Notes: a model not told the origin generated them from the letters alone. A stretch of 32,000 nucleotides of DNA from Desulfobulbus propionicus DSM 2032 (GCF_000186885.1 NC_014972.1:2190001-2222000), one strand, 5' to 3'; positions 6,887-15,149 are shown, counted from the first letter of the stretch. Numbers and translations: made by a program.

Positions 6887-8833
6887 TTGTCCTACCTTGT
6901 TCTTGCCAGAAAATCCCGCCCCCAGACCTTTGCCGAAGTCGTCGGCCAGAAAGCAGTGGTCCGAACGTTACAAAATGCCCTGGCCCAGCAGCGTGTCGCC
7001 CAGGCGCTGATTTTCAGCGGCGTACGTGGCACGGGCAAAACCACCTTGGCCCGGATCATGGCCAAAGCCCTGAACTGCGAGCAGGGGCCGGCCACTGAGC
7101 CCTGCAACCTCTGCCGCTCATGCAGGGACATCGCCGACGGGGCCAGCATCGATCTCCAGGAAGTGGATGGCGCCTCTAACCGCGGCATTCAGGAGATTCG
7201 CGAACTGAAGGAAAAAATCCGTTTCATGCCCACCAGTTCGCGCTACAAGATCATTATCATTGACGAAGTGCACATGTTGACCACCGAGGCCTTCAACGCC
7301 CTGCTGAAGACCCTGGAGGAACCGCCCGACCATGTGTATTTCATGTTCGCCACCACCGAACTGCACAAGGTCCCGGTAACCATTCTTTCCCGCTGCCAAC
7401 GCTACGAGCTCAAGCGTCTGGGGCATCGAGAACTGGCTGCCCACTTCACCCGCCTGGCCGAACAGGAGGGCGTGCGGATGGAACCCGCGGCGGTCGACAT
7501 GATCGTGCGCGAGGCTGGGGGCAGTGTGCGCGACGGCCTCAGTCTCCTGGATCAGATTTTTTCCTATTGTGGCCAGGAAGTGCGGGCCGAAGAGGTGGTC
7601 GAGGTCTTGGGTCTGGTCAGTCACCAGCTGATCGCCGATCTCGGATCCGCCCTGCTCAACGGCGATCTCGGTGCGGTTTACGTCCTGCTTGATCAGATGT
7701 ATCTCCATGGAACCGACATCAAGCGCTTCAGCAACGATTTGTTACAGTGGTTTCGTGACCTGGTGGTGTGCAAGGTCAGCAAACATTCCGGTCAATTCCT
7801 CGAGGTGACCGAGGATGAGCAAGCAGCCCTGGAGCAAACCGCGGCTTCCTATTCCTTGGAAACCATTTCGGCGCTGTTCAATCTGCTCCTCGAAGGACTG
7901 GAAAAGGTTTCTGTGTCACAGCAACCGCGCCTGACCCTGGAGTTGACTTTTATCCGTGCGGTGCAATTCCGCGATGTGGTGCCGGTGGCCGAATTGATCA
8001 GTCGATTTGATCGGTTACTGGAGGGCGCCTCCCCCGATCTTCCAGCCGTGTCGCCAACACCTCTCCGGCAAGCCACCGCAGCTTCGCCATCTCCCAAGCC
8101 GCCACCACGCTCTTCTTCCCCGCCCACAGCGCAAGCCGCCGTCCCGGCACGGTCAACCGCCGCATCGGTGTCATCGTCACCGCAACCACCGACCGGGATG
8201 ACGACCCGCGAGCCTCTCAGTCCACCGGAGCCGGACAAGACCTCCCCGCTGCCTGCCGCCGTCGCGACCAATCCTCCCCCAGCAACGCCTTCGGACGCTG
8301 CAAACGGACAGTCTTCGCCATCGGGCGCCACCGAGCCGCGCACCCAGGTGGAGGAAGCGCAACCACCATCTCCCGCCCCCCCCAAAAAAAAGGTCCGCCA
8401 ACATTGGGAGGGCTTTGTCCAGTATGTGCGTGAACGCCAACGCTGGATCGCGGCGGCCCTGCAGATGGCCGCCTCGGTGGAATGCAACGGCAAGGAACTG
8501 ATCATCCATTTTGACGACAGCGCCGAGTGCACCATGCTCAAGCAGCGCAACAACGTCAAGGCGCTGACCGAATTTCTCCTCGATTTTTTTCAAGAAGAAC
8601 TCTCTGTCCAGTTTGCCGTGCCCGGTTCCAATGCCTGCGCGGTCGATCCGGCCAACGGTCTTGCGCCCCAACATGAACGCCGCGCCTTGGCCAACGATCC
8701 ACTGGTGCTCACCGCGCTCGATGTCTTCACCGGTCAGGTCGGTGATATTCGCATCGGTTCCGGATACCGCGCACATACCACGCCCACGGCACCCAGGACC
8801 GGCGAGGAAGCATACCCATCGGTCGAGGAGTAG
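6887..8833 (+). CDS. dnaX: DNA polymerase III subunit tau/gamma
   Basis: 648 aa with a TTG start giving MSYLVLARKSRPQTFAEVVGQ. Walker A is GVRGTGKTT, Zn-module cysteines are CEQGPATEPCNLCRSC, and the DExx box is IIIDEVHML. A Pro-rich linker and a C-terminal tau domain follow. Confidence 0.95.
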   Translation: MSYLVLARKSRPQTFAEVVGQKAVVRTLQNALAQQRVAQALIFSGVRGTGKTTLARIMAKALNCEQGPATEPCNLCRSCRDIADGASIDLQEVDGASNRGIQEIRELKEKIRFMPTSSRYKIIIIDEVHMLTTEAFNALLKTLEEPPDHVYFMFATTELHKVPVTILSRCQRYELKRLGHRELAAHFTRLAEQEGVRMEPAAVDMIVREAGGSVRDGLSLLDQIFSYCGQEVRAEEVVEVLGLVSHQLIADLGSALLNGDLGAVYVLLDQMYLHGTDIKRFSNDLLQWFRDLVVCKVSKHSGQFLEVTEDEQAALEQTAASYSLETISALFNLLLEGLEKVSVSQQPRLTLELTFIRAVQFRDVVPVAELISRFDRLLEGASPDLPAVSPTPLRQATAASPSPKPPPRSSSPPTAQAAVPARSTAASVSSSPQPPTGMTTREPLSPPEPDKTSPLPAAVATNPPPATPSDAANGQSSPSGATEPRTQVEEAQPPSPAPPKKKVRQHWEGFVQYVRERQRWIAAALQMAASVECNGKELIIHFDDSAECTMLKQRNNVKALTEFLLDFFQEELSVQFAVPGSNACAVDPANGLAPQHERRALANDPLVLTALDVFTGQVGDIRIGSGYRAHTTPTAPRTGEEAYPSVEE

Positions 8834-8887
8834 CGGCCGCTCTCCGGATACCCCATTCCCCAAAACAGGTTTTTGTTGAGGTTTTCT

Positions 8888-9196
8888 ATGAACATGAGTG
8901 AGCTGATGAAACAGGCGCAGCAGTTCCAGGAAAGACTGGCAACCGTGCAAAACGAGTTGGGCGGCAAACAGGTGACCGGTTCCGCCGGTGCCGGCATGGT
9001 CACGGCCACGGTCAACGGTAAGGGAGAACTGCTTGAGATCGTCATTGAACAAGCATTGGTTCAGCCGGACAACACCCAGATGCTGCAGGACTTGATTGTC
9101 GCCGCAGTCAACGACGGCCTGAACAAAGCCAAGGAGCTGGGCAAGGCGGAGATGGGCCGCTTGACCGGTGGTCTTAACATACCAGGTCTGTTCTGA
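8888..9196 (+). CDS. ybaB: Nucleoid-associated protein YbaB/EbfC
   Basis: MNMSELMKQAQQFQERL... matches the YbaB N-terminus. GAGG lies 8 nt upstream of the ATG at 8888. The ORF-track start at 8873 is probably too far upstream. Position follows the dnaX-ybaB-recR synteny. Confidence 0.9.
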   Translation: MNMSELMKQAQQFQERLATVQNELGGKQVTGSAGAGMVTATVNGKGELLEIVIEQALVQPDNTQMLQDLIVAAVNDGLNKAKELGKAEMGRLTGGLNIPGLF

Positions 9197-9808
9197 ATGC
9201 AGATCATTCCCCCGGCCCTGGAGCGATTGATCGCCGACCTGACCCGGTTGCCGGGAATCGGCCGCAAAACAGCCACTCGGCTCGCCTTGTACATCCTGCG
9301 ACGGCCAGCGGCGGAGGGCAGAAATCTCGCCCACGACCTGATGGTGCTCCATGACACCATCCACCTCTGCCACCAGTGTTTCACCTTCTCCGAAACCGAT
9401 CCCTGCGCGATTTGCGGCAATCCCGGGCGGGATTCACGACTAGTGTGCGTGGTCGAGGAGCCGGGCGATCAGATCGCCATCGAGAAAACCGGCGTGTTCC
9501 GCGGCACCTACCACATCCTTCACGGGGTGATCGCCCCCATGGACGGTATAGGTCCCGACGAGCTGAAAATACGCGAGTTGCGGCAACGGGTTGCCTCCGG
9601 TCAGGTCGACGAGGTGTTGATCGCCACCAGTTCCACGGTCCCCGGTGAAGCCACCGCCTCCTATCTCGCCGAAATGCTGCAGGATACCAAGGTCCGCCTC
9701 AGTCGTCTGGCCTGTGGTATTCCCATGGGCATGGACATCAAGTATGCCGACGAACACACCTTGGCCAGGGCTGTCGAATCCCGCCAATCGGTGCCTGGAC
9801 GAACCTGA
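9197..9808 (+). CDS. recR: Recombination protein RecR
   Basis: 203 aa with LPGIGRKTATRLA (helix-hairpin-helix), a C4 zinc finger CHQC...CAIC, and a Toprim region. The ATG directly abuts the ybaB stop. Confidence 0.95.
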   Translation: MQIIPPALERLIADLTRLPGIGRKTATRLALYILRRPAAEGRNLAHDLMVLHDTIHLCHQCFTFSETDPCAICGNPGRDSRLVCVVEEPGDQIAIEKTGVFRGTYHILHGVIAPMDGIGPDELKIRELRQRVASGQVDEVLIATSSTVPGEATASYLAEMLQDTKVRLSRLACGIPMGMDIKYADEHTLARAVESRQSVPGRT

Positions 9809-9891
9809 CAGCCGCACCGTGCATCCTCTCAAGGCCCGCCGTTTCTCTCTTTGACCTCTCTCCTTTCTGCCCCTGCTCGCGAATGCAACGT

Positions 9892-9920
9892 CTCCCCCGT
9901 CCAAAGGCGGGGGAGGTTTG
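9892..9920 (+). terminator. Hairpin after recR
   Basis: ctcccccg (9892-9899) / cgggggag (9908-9915), followed by gtttg. The U-tract is weak. Confidence 0.45.
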
Positions 9921-9947
9921 AATAGACGGCAGACCGAATGCGCCCGG

Positions 9948-10751
9948 TTAACTCATCATGCTCCATACCATCCTGGTGGCGACGGCGTAGAGAAACAGGG
10001 CAAAGAGCCGTTTGAGCTTGTCGACCGGTAACGCATGGGCCAGCTTGGCCCCCAGTGGGGCGGTGAAAATCGAAGTGCAGACAATACCGATTAGAGCCGG
10101 CAGATAGACATAGCCAAGGCTGTAGGCTGGCAGGCCACTGCCATGCAGGTTGTTGACCATGAAACCGAATGCGCCGGCGATGGCAATGGGAAAGCCGATG
10201 GCCGCCGAGGTGCCGACAGCCAGATGAGCCGGGACATTGCACCAGATCATGAAGGGCACGGACAGCGATCCGCCGCCGATGCCAACCAGGGCCGACACCA
10301 CACCGATGGTCGAACCAACGCCGAACATACCTGCTGTTTGCGGCAGCTCGCGCGAGGCCTTGGGCTTTTTGTTGAGCAGCATCTGCGTGGCCACGCAATA
10401 GAGAAACACGCAGAAAAAGGTTTTGAGAAAACCGGTGGACAGCCGCGCGGCAATGAAGGTGCCGAGAAAGGTGCCGATCAGGATACCGGGCACGATCCGT
10501 CGAACAATGGTCCATTCCACCGCGCCCCGCCGATGATGGGACATGAAGCTGGAGATGGAGGTGAAGATGATGCTGGCCAGCGAGGTGCCCAAGGCCAGAT
10601 GCATGATCTGATCCGGCTGTACGCCCTGCTTGGCGAAACAGAAAACCAGCATCGGCACGATCACCACGCCGCCGCCCACCCCCAGCAGACCGGCCAATAC
10701 TCCGGCAATCAATCCCACCACCAGATACATCAACACAATTTCAATGGTCAT
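9948..10751 (-). CDS. TauE/SafE family (DUF81) sulfite/anion exporter-like membrane protein
   Basis: 267-aa polytopic protein. Both halves carry the repeated GxxGxGGG-type motifs (GLLGVGGGVV and VGIGGGSLSVP) typical of the family. Confidence 0.85.
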   Translation of the reverse strand: MTIEIVLMYLVVGLIAGVLAGLLGVGGGVVIVPMLVFCFAKQGVQPDQIMHLALGTSLASIIFTSISSFMSHHRRGAVEWTIVRRIVPGILIGTFLGTFIAARLSTGFLKTFFCVFLYCVATQMLLNKKPKASRELPQTAGMFGVGSTIGVVSALVGIGGGSLSVPFMIWCNVPAHLAVGTSAAIGFPIAIAGAFGFMVNNLHGSGLPAYSLGYVYLPALIGIVCTSIFTAPLGAKLAHALPVDKLKRLFALFLYAVATRMVWSMMS

Positions 10752-10808
10752 GACATTCTCTCCTGTTCGGCATATCCGCCGGTCAAAGTTGATACCGCTT
10801 CACGACAT

Positions 10809-11519
10809 TCATTCAGTGGGCGGCTCGTCAAAAATAGCGCGTTCGATCTCGGCCAGATGATCGTGCATGGCCGCGCCCGCCGCCTCGGCGTCGCCGGCCT
10901 CCAGGGCATCAATGATTCGCAGGTGCCCTTCCACTGAAGCGTGGCGGCGCGCGCTCGTCTGCAGCCAGGTGGATCGGCTCTCGTTGAGAATCGACTGAAT
11001 GGTGGTCATCACCTGAATCACGACCTGGTTGCCGGTACCGGCGGCCAGCAGGCGATGAAATTCAGCGTCCAGGCTATCTTCTTCCCGGCCGGCGATCACG
11101 GCGCGCTGCTGATCACAGGCCACGATCTTGAGACGGCCAAGAGCCTCCGGGGTTATCCGCCGTGCGGCCAAGGCGGCGATCAGCGGCTCGATCATCTGGC
11201 GAAACTCTATGATATCATGTACAAAACCGCTCTGCTCGCCGATGGCATCAAGAATCGCTTCGGCGGAACAGCCCCCCCCCAAAGGAGCGAGCAGATAGGT
11301 TCCGTCACCCTGCCGACTCTCGATGATCCCCCGCTCGGCCAGGATGTGAAATGCCTGCCTGAGACTGCCGCGCGACACCCCCAACGATTCGGCCAACTTT
11401 CGTTCCGGGGGTAGCCGATCGCCCGGGGCAAGCTCCCCATCGGCGATCATTGACTCAATCCGGTCAATAATCGCCCGATACGCGTATTTTTTTTCCTCTT
11501 TGGTTGCCGGCATACCCAT
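10809..11519 (-). CDS. GntR-family transcriptional regulator (FadR/FCD subfamily)
   Basis: 236 aa. The N-terminal wHTH is ...PGDRLPPERKLAESLGVSRGSLRQAFHILAERGII.... The helical FCD-like C-terminal domain contains ...EFHRLLA.... Confidence 0.85.
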   Translation of the reverse strand: MGMPATKEEKKYAYRAIIDRIESMIADGELAPGDRLPPERKLAESLGVSRGSLRQAFHILAERGIIESRQGDGTYLLAPLGGGCSAEAILDAIGEQSGFVHDIIEFRQMIEPLIAALAARRITPEALGRLKIVACDQQRAVIAGREEDSLDAEFHRLLAAGTGNQVVIQVMTTIQSILNESRSTWLQTSARRHASVEGHLRIIDALEAGDAEAAGAAMHDHLAEIERAIFDEPPTE

Positions 11520-11530
11520 CCTTCCCCCTG

Positions 11531-11548
11531 AAATTGGTTAACCAATAC
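11531..11548. promoter_or_regulatory. GntR-type palindromic operator, copy 1
   Basis: aaATTGGTTAACCAATac contains a perfect 14-nt palindrome. It lies 12 nt upstream of the gntR start codon. Confidence 0.6.
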
Positions 11549-11592
11549 TGTATTTTTTTTTCCTGATCAACATGTTTCAAGCGTTGCCGCCA

Positions 11593-11610
11593 AAATTGGT
11601 TAACCAATAC
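11593..11610. promoter_or_regulatory. GntR-type palindromic operator, copy 2
   Basis: An identical 18-mer, aaattggttaaccaatac, lies 62 nt from copy 1 (centre to centre). Confidence 0.6.
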
Positions 11611-11943
11611 CCAGCCTCAACCTGGCGCAGCCGGCAACTCCCTCTCCGCAACCGCCCCGGGTTCGTTCCGCATAGTTCAAGCAATGCCTCTCCAAGTTGT
11701 GAATCATCACCGAGGGTGTAACTACCCGGAATTAACTACGGGTTTCAAAGATTGATAGGCGCAGCGCACGATCTCTGGAACCCGCAGTGCACTTCCTCCT
11801 CCAACCTAAACCGGTTGCTTCCCATCCCGTTCAATGGTATCAATGGTATATCTGCCGCTCGAGATTCTGTTGTCGTTGATTTTCCGCTGTTCCATCCCAT
11901 CGCGGATGGGTGCAGCGGTCTTGCCAAGGTGTTTAGTCCCGCC

Positions 11944-14112
11944 ATGAATAGGTTTTCTCCCCTCCGCCCTTCAGGTCGTCTTCATGCCAAGATGTGGTTT
12001 ATCTCCTTCTTTTCCCTGTTAACCGTCTGTTTTATGCCTTTGCTCTGGCGCATGGTTCATTCCGGTGTCAGTCAACCCCTCGGTCTCCTCTCCGATGGAA
12101 CGCTGGGCCTCCTGCTCCTGCTGTTCCTGACGCATATCTCTCGTTGGTTGCGCATTGTCGCTATCCTGCCGTGGGCCATCTTTCAACTGGTCGCCTTCGA
12201 ACTGATGGCCGCGATGCAACGCTTGCCCAACTGGTCCGATCTGCAGTATCTGAAGGACTTGAAATTCCTCGACAACAGCATGGCCGGGTTTTCGCCCACC
12301 TCACCCCTGTTGACAGGGTTGCTGCTGACAACCGTCCTGCTGAGTTTGCTTCCGCCAATCAAACTCCACCCCCTGCCCCCGATACGCACGCTGACATTCG
12401 TGGTTATGCTGGCAACCGGGTATGGGATGCTCAGTTCTCACTCGGCTCACCAGGGCGTACTGGAGCGCTACTCCCCCCTGCACTGGCTGATCACCGACGC
12501 TCTCATCCATCGATTCATTCCCGCCACGTCTCCCCAGACCATTCCCCCACCCACAGGCCTGACCGCACTGGATCTAAATGGCAGGCCGTTGTTGACTGCG
12601 GGCAAGGCAAAGAATGTGCTCGTCGTGGTGCTGGAAGGAATCCCAGGATTGTATTACCCCGAGATAGCCCGAACAATGGGCGTGACCTCAGATAAACAGG
12701 AGATGCCGCTCTTTGCCGCCAGCACGGACGACGCTATGCTCGTTCCCGATTTTGCCGTACACAGCCATCAGACAATCCGCGGTCTCTATGCCATGCTCTG
12801 CGGCGATTACAGCAAACTGTCGTGGAGCACGCCCAAGGCTTTTGAACTGCAACACAATCAATCCCGAGCCCAGGATTGCCTTCCCGCTCAATTGGCGGCT
12901 CAGGGCTGGAGCACCCATTTTCTTCAGGGCGCCAACCTCGGCTTCATGGGCAAGGATCGGGTCATGCCGATGATCGGTTTCCAGGAGGTACACGGCAACG
13001 AATGGTTTACAGAACCCAACCCCTTCCCTTTTGAATGGGGGACGGTGGACTCAGTCTTTTTCCATGGAGCATGGCAGTATATTGTCGGCTTGCAGGCTCA
13101 GCAGCAGCCGTGGATGCTTACCCTACTGACCGTCGGCACCCATCAACCCTATGCCGTGTCGGATGAAGTAGCGGATCACTATCCATCGAAGAAAGCGGCG
13201 GCGGTGGCCCAGTTGGACCAAGCCCTCGCCCCTTTTATCGCTCAACTGCGTCGCGAAGGGGTACTTGAGGATACTCTGGTGATCATCACCTCCGATGAAT
13301 CCCATGGCGCCAACCTCGGCCGCTGGGTCAGCAGTTGGGGGCTAGCGGTCATCCTCGCCCCCGAACACCTTCCCCGGATCAAACACGGCGGACACGGCCT
13401 AGTCGATATGACCGCTTCGGTCCTTGATTATTTCGGTCTACAGCCACCATCGACCCTAAGCGGACGAAGTGTGTTCCGTGACTATGACGCCCCCCGGGAG
13501 ATGATCTCATACACCGCCTCCGAGAAGCGCTACCATACAAGCGAAAACGTACTGTATGTCTGTTCCGACGATGGCCTATGCAGGATGGGCAAAGCGTCTA
13601 GCATACTTGGCTCGTATGCGCTGCAACCCTTGCCGAGAAAAGAAAATGCTCGCAGGCACGATTATCTCACGTCCTTTTCCTCGACCCTGGACAAAAGTTT
13701 ATCCGCACCTCAAGGAAATAGACGCCTAAAGTTTGCCAGCGGTGAACTGCGCCCCCTGCCCGAGACGATGACCAGTGAATGGGCCGACAATCTTATCGGC
13801 GCTCAATATCTTGATTTTCCAAAGAATTCACAGGTACATGTCTCCATCAAAGTGAAAGCTATTGACGCTTCCCGCAACGGTATTGCCTTGAAATTGCTGT
13901 TCAAACAAAGCGACACGCCCGTGAATGAAATTGCCTCGCCACAATTTCCTATTCTCTATACCGGGGAAGAGCACCGGGTTGAATTCACATTCGACAATCC
14001 GCACCCGCGGCAATCATTTTCTTTTCACCTCGTGGGCGAAGGAAAAGACAGCATTATTCAACTCGATGAGTTTGACGTTGCCGTGGATGAAGAGACCATT
14101 GAAAATACCTAA
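11944..14112 (+). CDS. Membrane-anchored sulfatase-superfamily (LtaS/OpgB-like) hydrolase/transferase with an uncharacterised C-terminal region
   Basis: About 5 N-terminal hydrophobic segments. The alkaline-phosphatase-superfamily blocks are NVLVVVLEGIPG, SHQTIRGLYAMLCG (Thr-nucleophile position), GTHQPY and LVIITSDESHG. No C/SxPxR formylglycine motif was seen. I prefer the ATG at 11944 (or 11992) to the TTG at 11752. Confidence 0.7.
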   Translation: MNRFSPLRPSGRLHAKMWFISFFSLLTVCFMPLLWRMVHSGVSQPLGLLSDGTLGLLLLLFLTHISRWLRIVAILPWAIFQLVAFELMAAMQRLPNWSDLQYLKDLKFLDNSMAGFSPTSPLLTGLLLTTVLLSLLPPIKLHPLPPIRTLTFVVMLATGYGMLSSHSAHQGVLERYSPLHWLITDALIHRFIPATSPQTIPPPTGLTALDLNGRPLLTAGKAKNVLVVVLEGIPGLYYPEIARTMGVTSDKQEMPLFAASTDDAMLVPDFAVHSHQTIRGLYAMLCGDYSKLSWSTPKAFELQHNQSRAQDCLPAQLAAQGWSTHFLQGANLGFMGKDRVMPMIGFQEVHGNEWFTEPNPFPFEWGTVDSVFFHGAWQYIVGLQAQQQPWMLTLLTVGTHQPYAVSDEVADHYPSKKAAAVAQLDQALAPFIAQLRREGVLEDTLVIITSDESHGANLGRWVSSWGLAVILAPEHLPRIKHGGHGLVDMTASVLDYFGLQPPSTLSGRSVFRDYDAPREMISYTASEKRYHTSENVLYVCSDDGLCRMGKASSILGSYALQPLPRKENARRHDYLTSFSSTLDKSLSAPQGNRRLKFASGELRPLPETMTSEWADNLIGAQYLDFPKNSQVHVSIKVKAIDASRNGIALKLLFKQSDTPVNEIASPQFPILYTGEEHRVEFTFDNPHPRQSFSFHLVGEGKDSIIQLDEFDVAVDEETIENT

Positions 14113-14349
14113 CCAATGAACCGTGACGAATTCTTCGCACGGTTGGCGCGGTTGCTGAAAATGCCGCGCACTGCCATCCGCCACCAAAGGCGTAGCTCTG
14201 CCACCTCCGCCATCCCCTGTCGCCCCCGCCTCTACAGCCCGCATCCGCTGCCAGCCGAGGACATACGGAGACCTCTCGACTATATCATGAATTTTTTGTT
14301 GAATTTCCAACTGTTCCGATCCTGATCAACCCGCATTGGAATTGTTTTC

Positions 14350-14378
14350 TTGTCTGATCGATTGAGTAATGCTATAGT
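14350..14378 (+). promoter_or_regulatory. Sigma70-type promoter candidate (TTGTCT-17-TATAGT) for nfu-sleB
   Basis: TTGTCT at 14350-14355, a 17-nt spacer, TATAGT at 14373-14378. It lies 48 nt upstream of the ATG at 14426. Confidence 0.4.
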
Positions 14379-14425
14379 GTGCCCCATTCATGCTTCAAAA
14401 TTGCAATGGAATGAAGGAGTCATTC

Positions 14426-14659
14426 ATGGAACAATTGCAGGAAACCGTTATAAAAGTGCTGGCGCAAATCCGTCCCACCCTGCAACGGGACGGAGGCGAC
14501 GTCGAGTTCGTCGAACTCGGACCGGATCAGATCCTCAAGGTCCGGCTCACCGGGGCTTGCCAGGGCTGCCCCATGTCCCGCATCACCCTGAAGGAGGGCA
14601 TCGAGAAGTTCGTCAAGGGCGAACTCCCGACCATCCGGGCCGTAGAGGCGGTCGAATAG
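14426..14659 (+). CDS. NifU/Nfu C-terminal-domain Fe-S cluster carrier protein
   Basis: 77 aa from MEQLQETV... with AAGGAG RBS. It contains IRPTLQRDGGDVEFVEL and the CxxC motif GACQGCPMS, typical of Nfu domains. Confidence 0.85.
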   Translation: MEQLQETVIKVLAQIRPTLQRDGGDVEFVELGPDQILKVRLTGACQGCPMSRITLKEGIEKFVKGELPTIRAVEAVE

Positions 14660-14663
14660 CGTC

Positions 14664-15065
14664 ATGCCGCTTGGTTTTGTCGAAAGTCTGCTCTGGTTGA
14701 GCCTCAACGTCTACCATGAATCGCGCGGGGAGCCGGAAATCGGTCAGTTGGCCGTGGCCCATGTCACCCTCAATCGTGCCCTTGAAAATAACGCAACAAT
14801 TGCCGATGTTATTCTGGCACCCAATCAGTTCAGCTGGACCTTTCAAAAAAAATCCTACGTCCCGCTTGAAATCAATCCGTTGCAGGAGAGTCTTCGGGTT
14901 GCCCTCAAGGCCATGACCACGCCGGATTTCACCAGCGGTTCCACCTTTTATCATCACGTCACCGTTGACCCGAAATGGGTGGTCGGCAAATCGTACATCG
15001 GCCAGTATGGTTCGCATAAATTTTACCGCGACAGCGATCCACCGATTTCGGCTACTGCCTTTTAA
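14664..15065 (+). CDS. SleB/CwlJ-family (Hydrolase_2) cell-wall hydrolase domain protein
   Basis: 133 aa. LNVYHESRGEPEIGQLAVAHVTLNR...PNQFSW... matches the hydrolase_2 signature. It begins 5 nt after the nfu stop. No obvious signal peptide. Confidence 0.75.
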   Translation: MPLGFVESLLWLSLNVYHESRGEPEIGQLAVAHVTLNRALENNATIADVILAPNQFSWTFQKKSYVPLEINPLQESLRVALKAMTTPDFTSGSTFYHHVTVDPKWVVGKSYIGQYGSHKFYRDSDPPISATAF

Positions 15066-15119
15066 CCGACCGATTTTTCACATCTTCCCCATGTTTTTCC
15101 CCCCATCCCTATCCCGGAG

Positions 15120-15148
15120 TTGACAAACGAGCCTATCTTTTTTATAGA
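15120..15148 (+). promoter_or_regulatory. Sigma70-type promoter candidate for the thi operon (TTGACA-17-TATAGA)
   Basis: TTGACA at 15120-15125, a 17-nt spacer, TATAGA at 15143-15148. It sits immediately 5' of the TPP aptamer. Confidence 0.55.
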
Positions 15149-15149
15149 A

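Noticed and set aside
11752-11943. N-terminal extension of the sulfatase-like ORF from a TTG at 11752
   Set aside because: The extension has no RBS and is not hydrophobic. It also covers the sigma54-like element and the tandem 9-mer. The ATG at 11944 precedes the first TM segment. For the same kind of reason I trimmed upstream extensions at 18555 (thiC), 26449 (CYTH), 27212 (katA), 28722 (bfr), 30092 (ppk2), 14390 (nfu), 8873 (ybaB), 17428 (thiF) and 25671 (small ORF).
14116-14325. 69-aa ORF (MNRDEFFARLARLLKMP...) starting 4 nt after the sulfatase-like gene
   Set aside because: The first 15 residues resemble the start of some carrier-protein-like small proteins. The rest is Arg/Pro/Ser-rich with no Ser attachment motif in any frame. 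The start codon lies inside a hairpin (aaccgtg 14119-14125 / cacggtt 14138-14144). A minus-strand ORF of similar size overlaps it. It is most likely non-coding, at best a decayed remnant.
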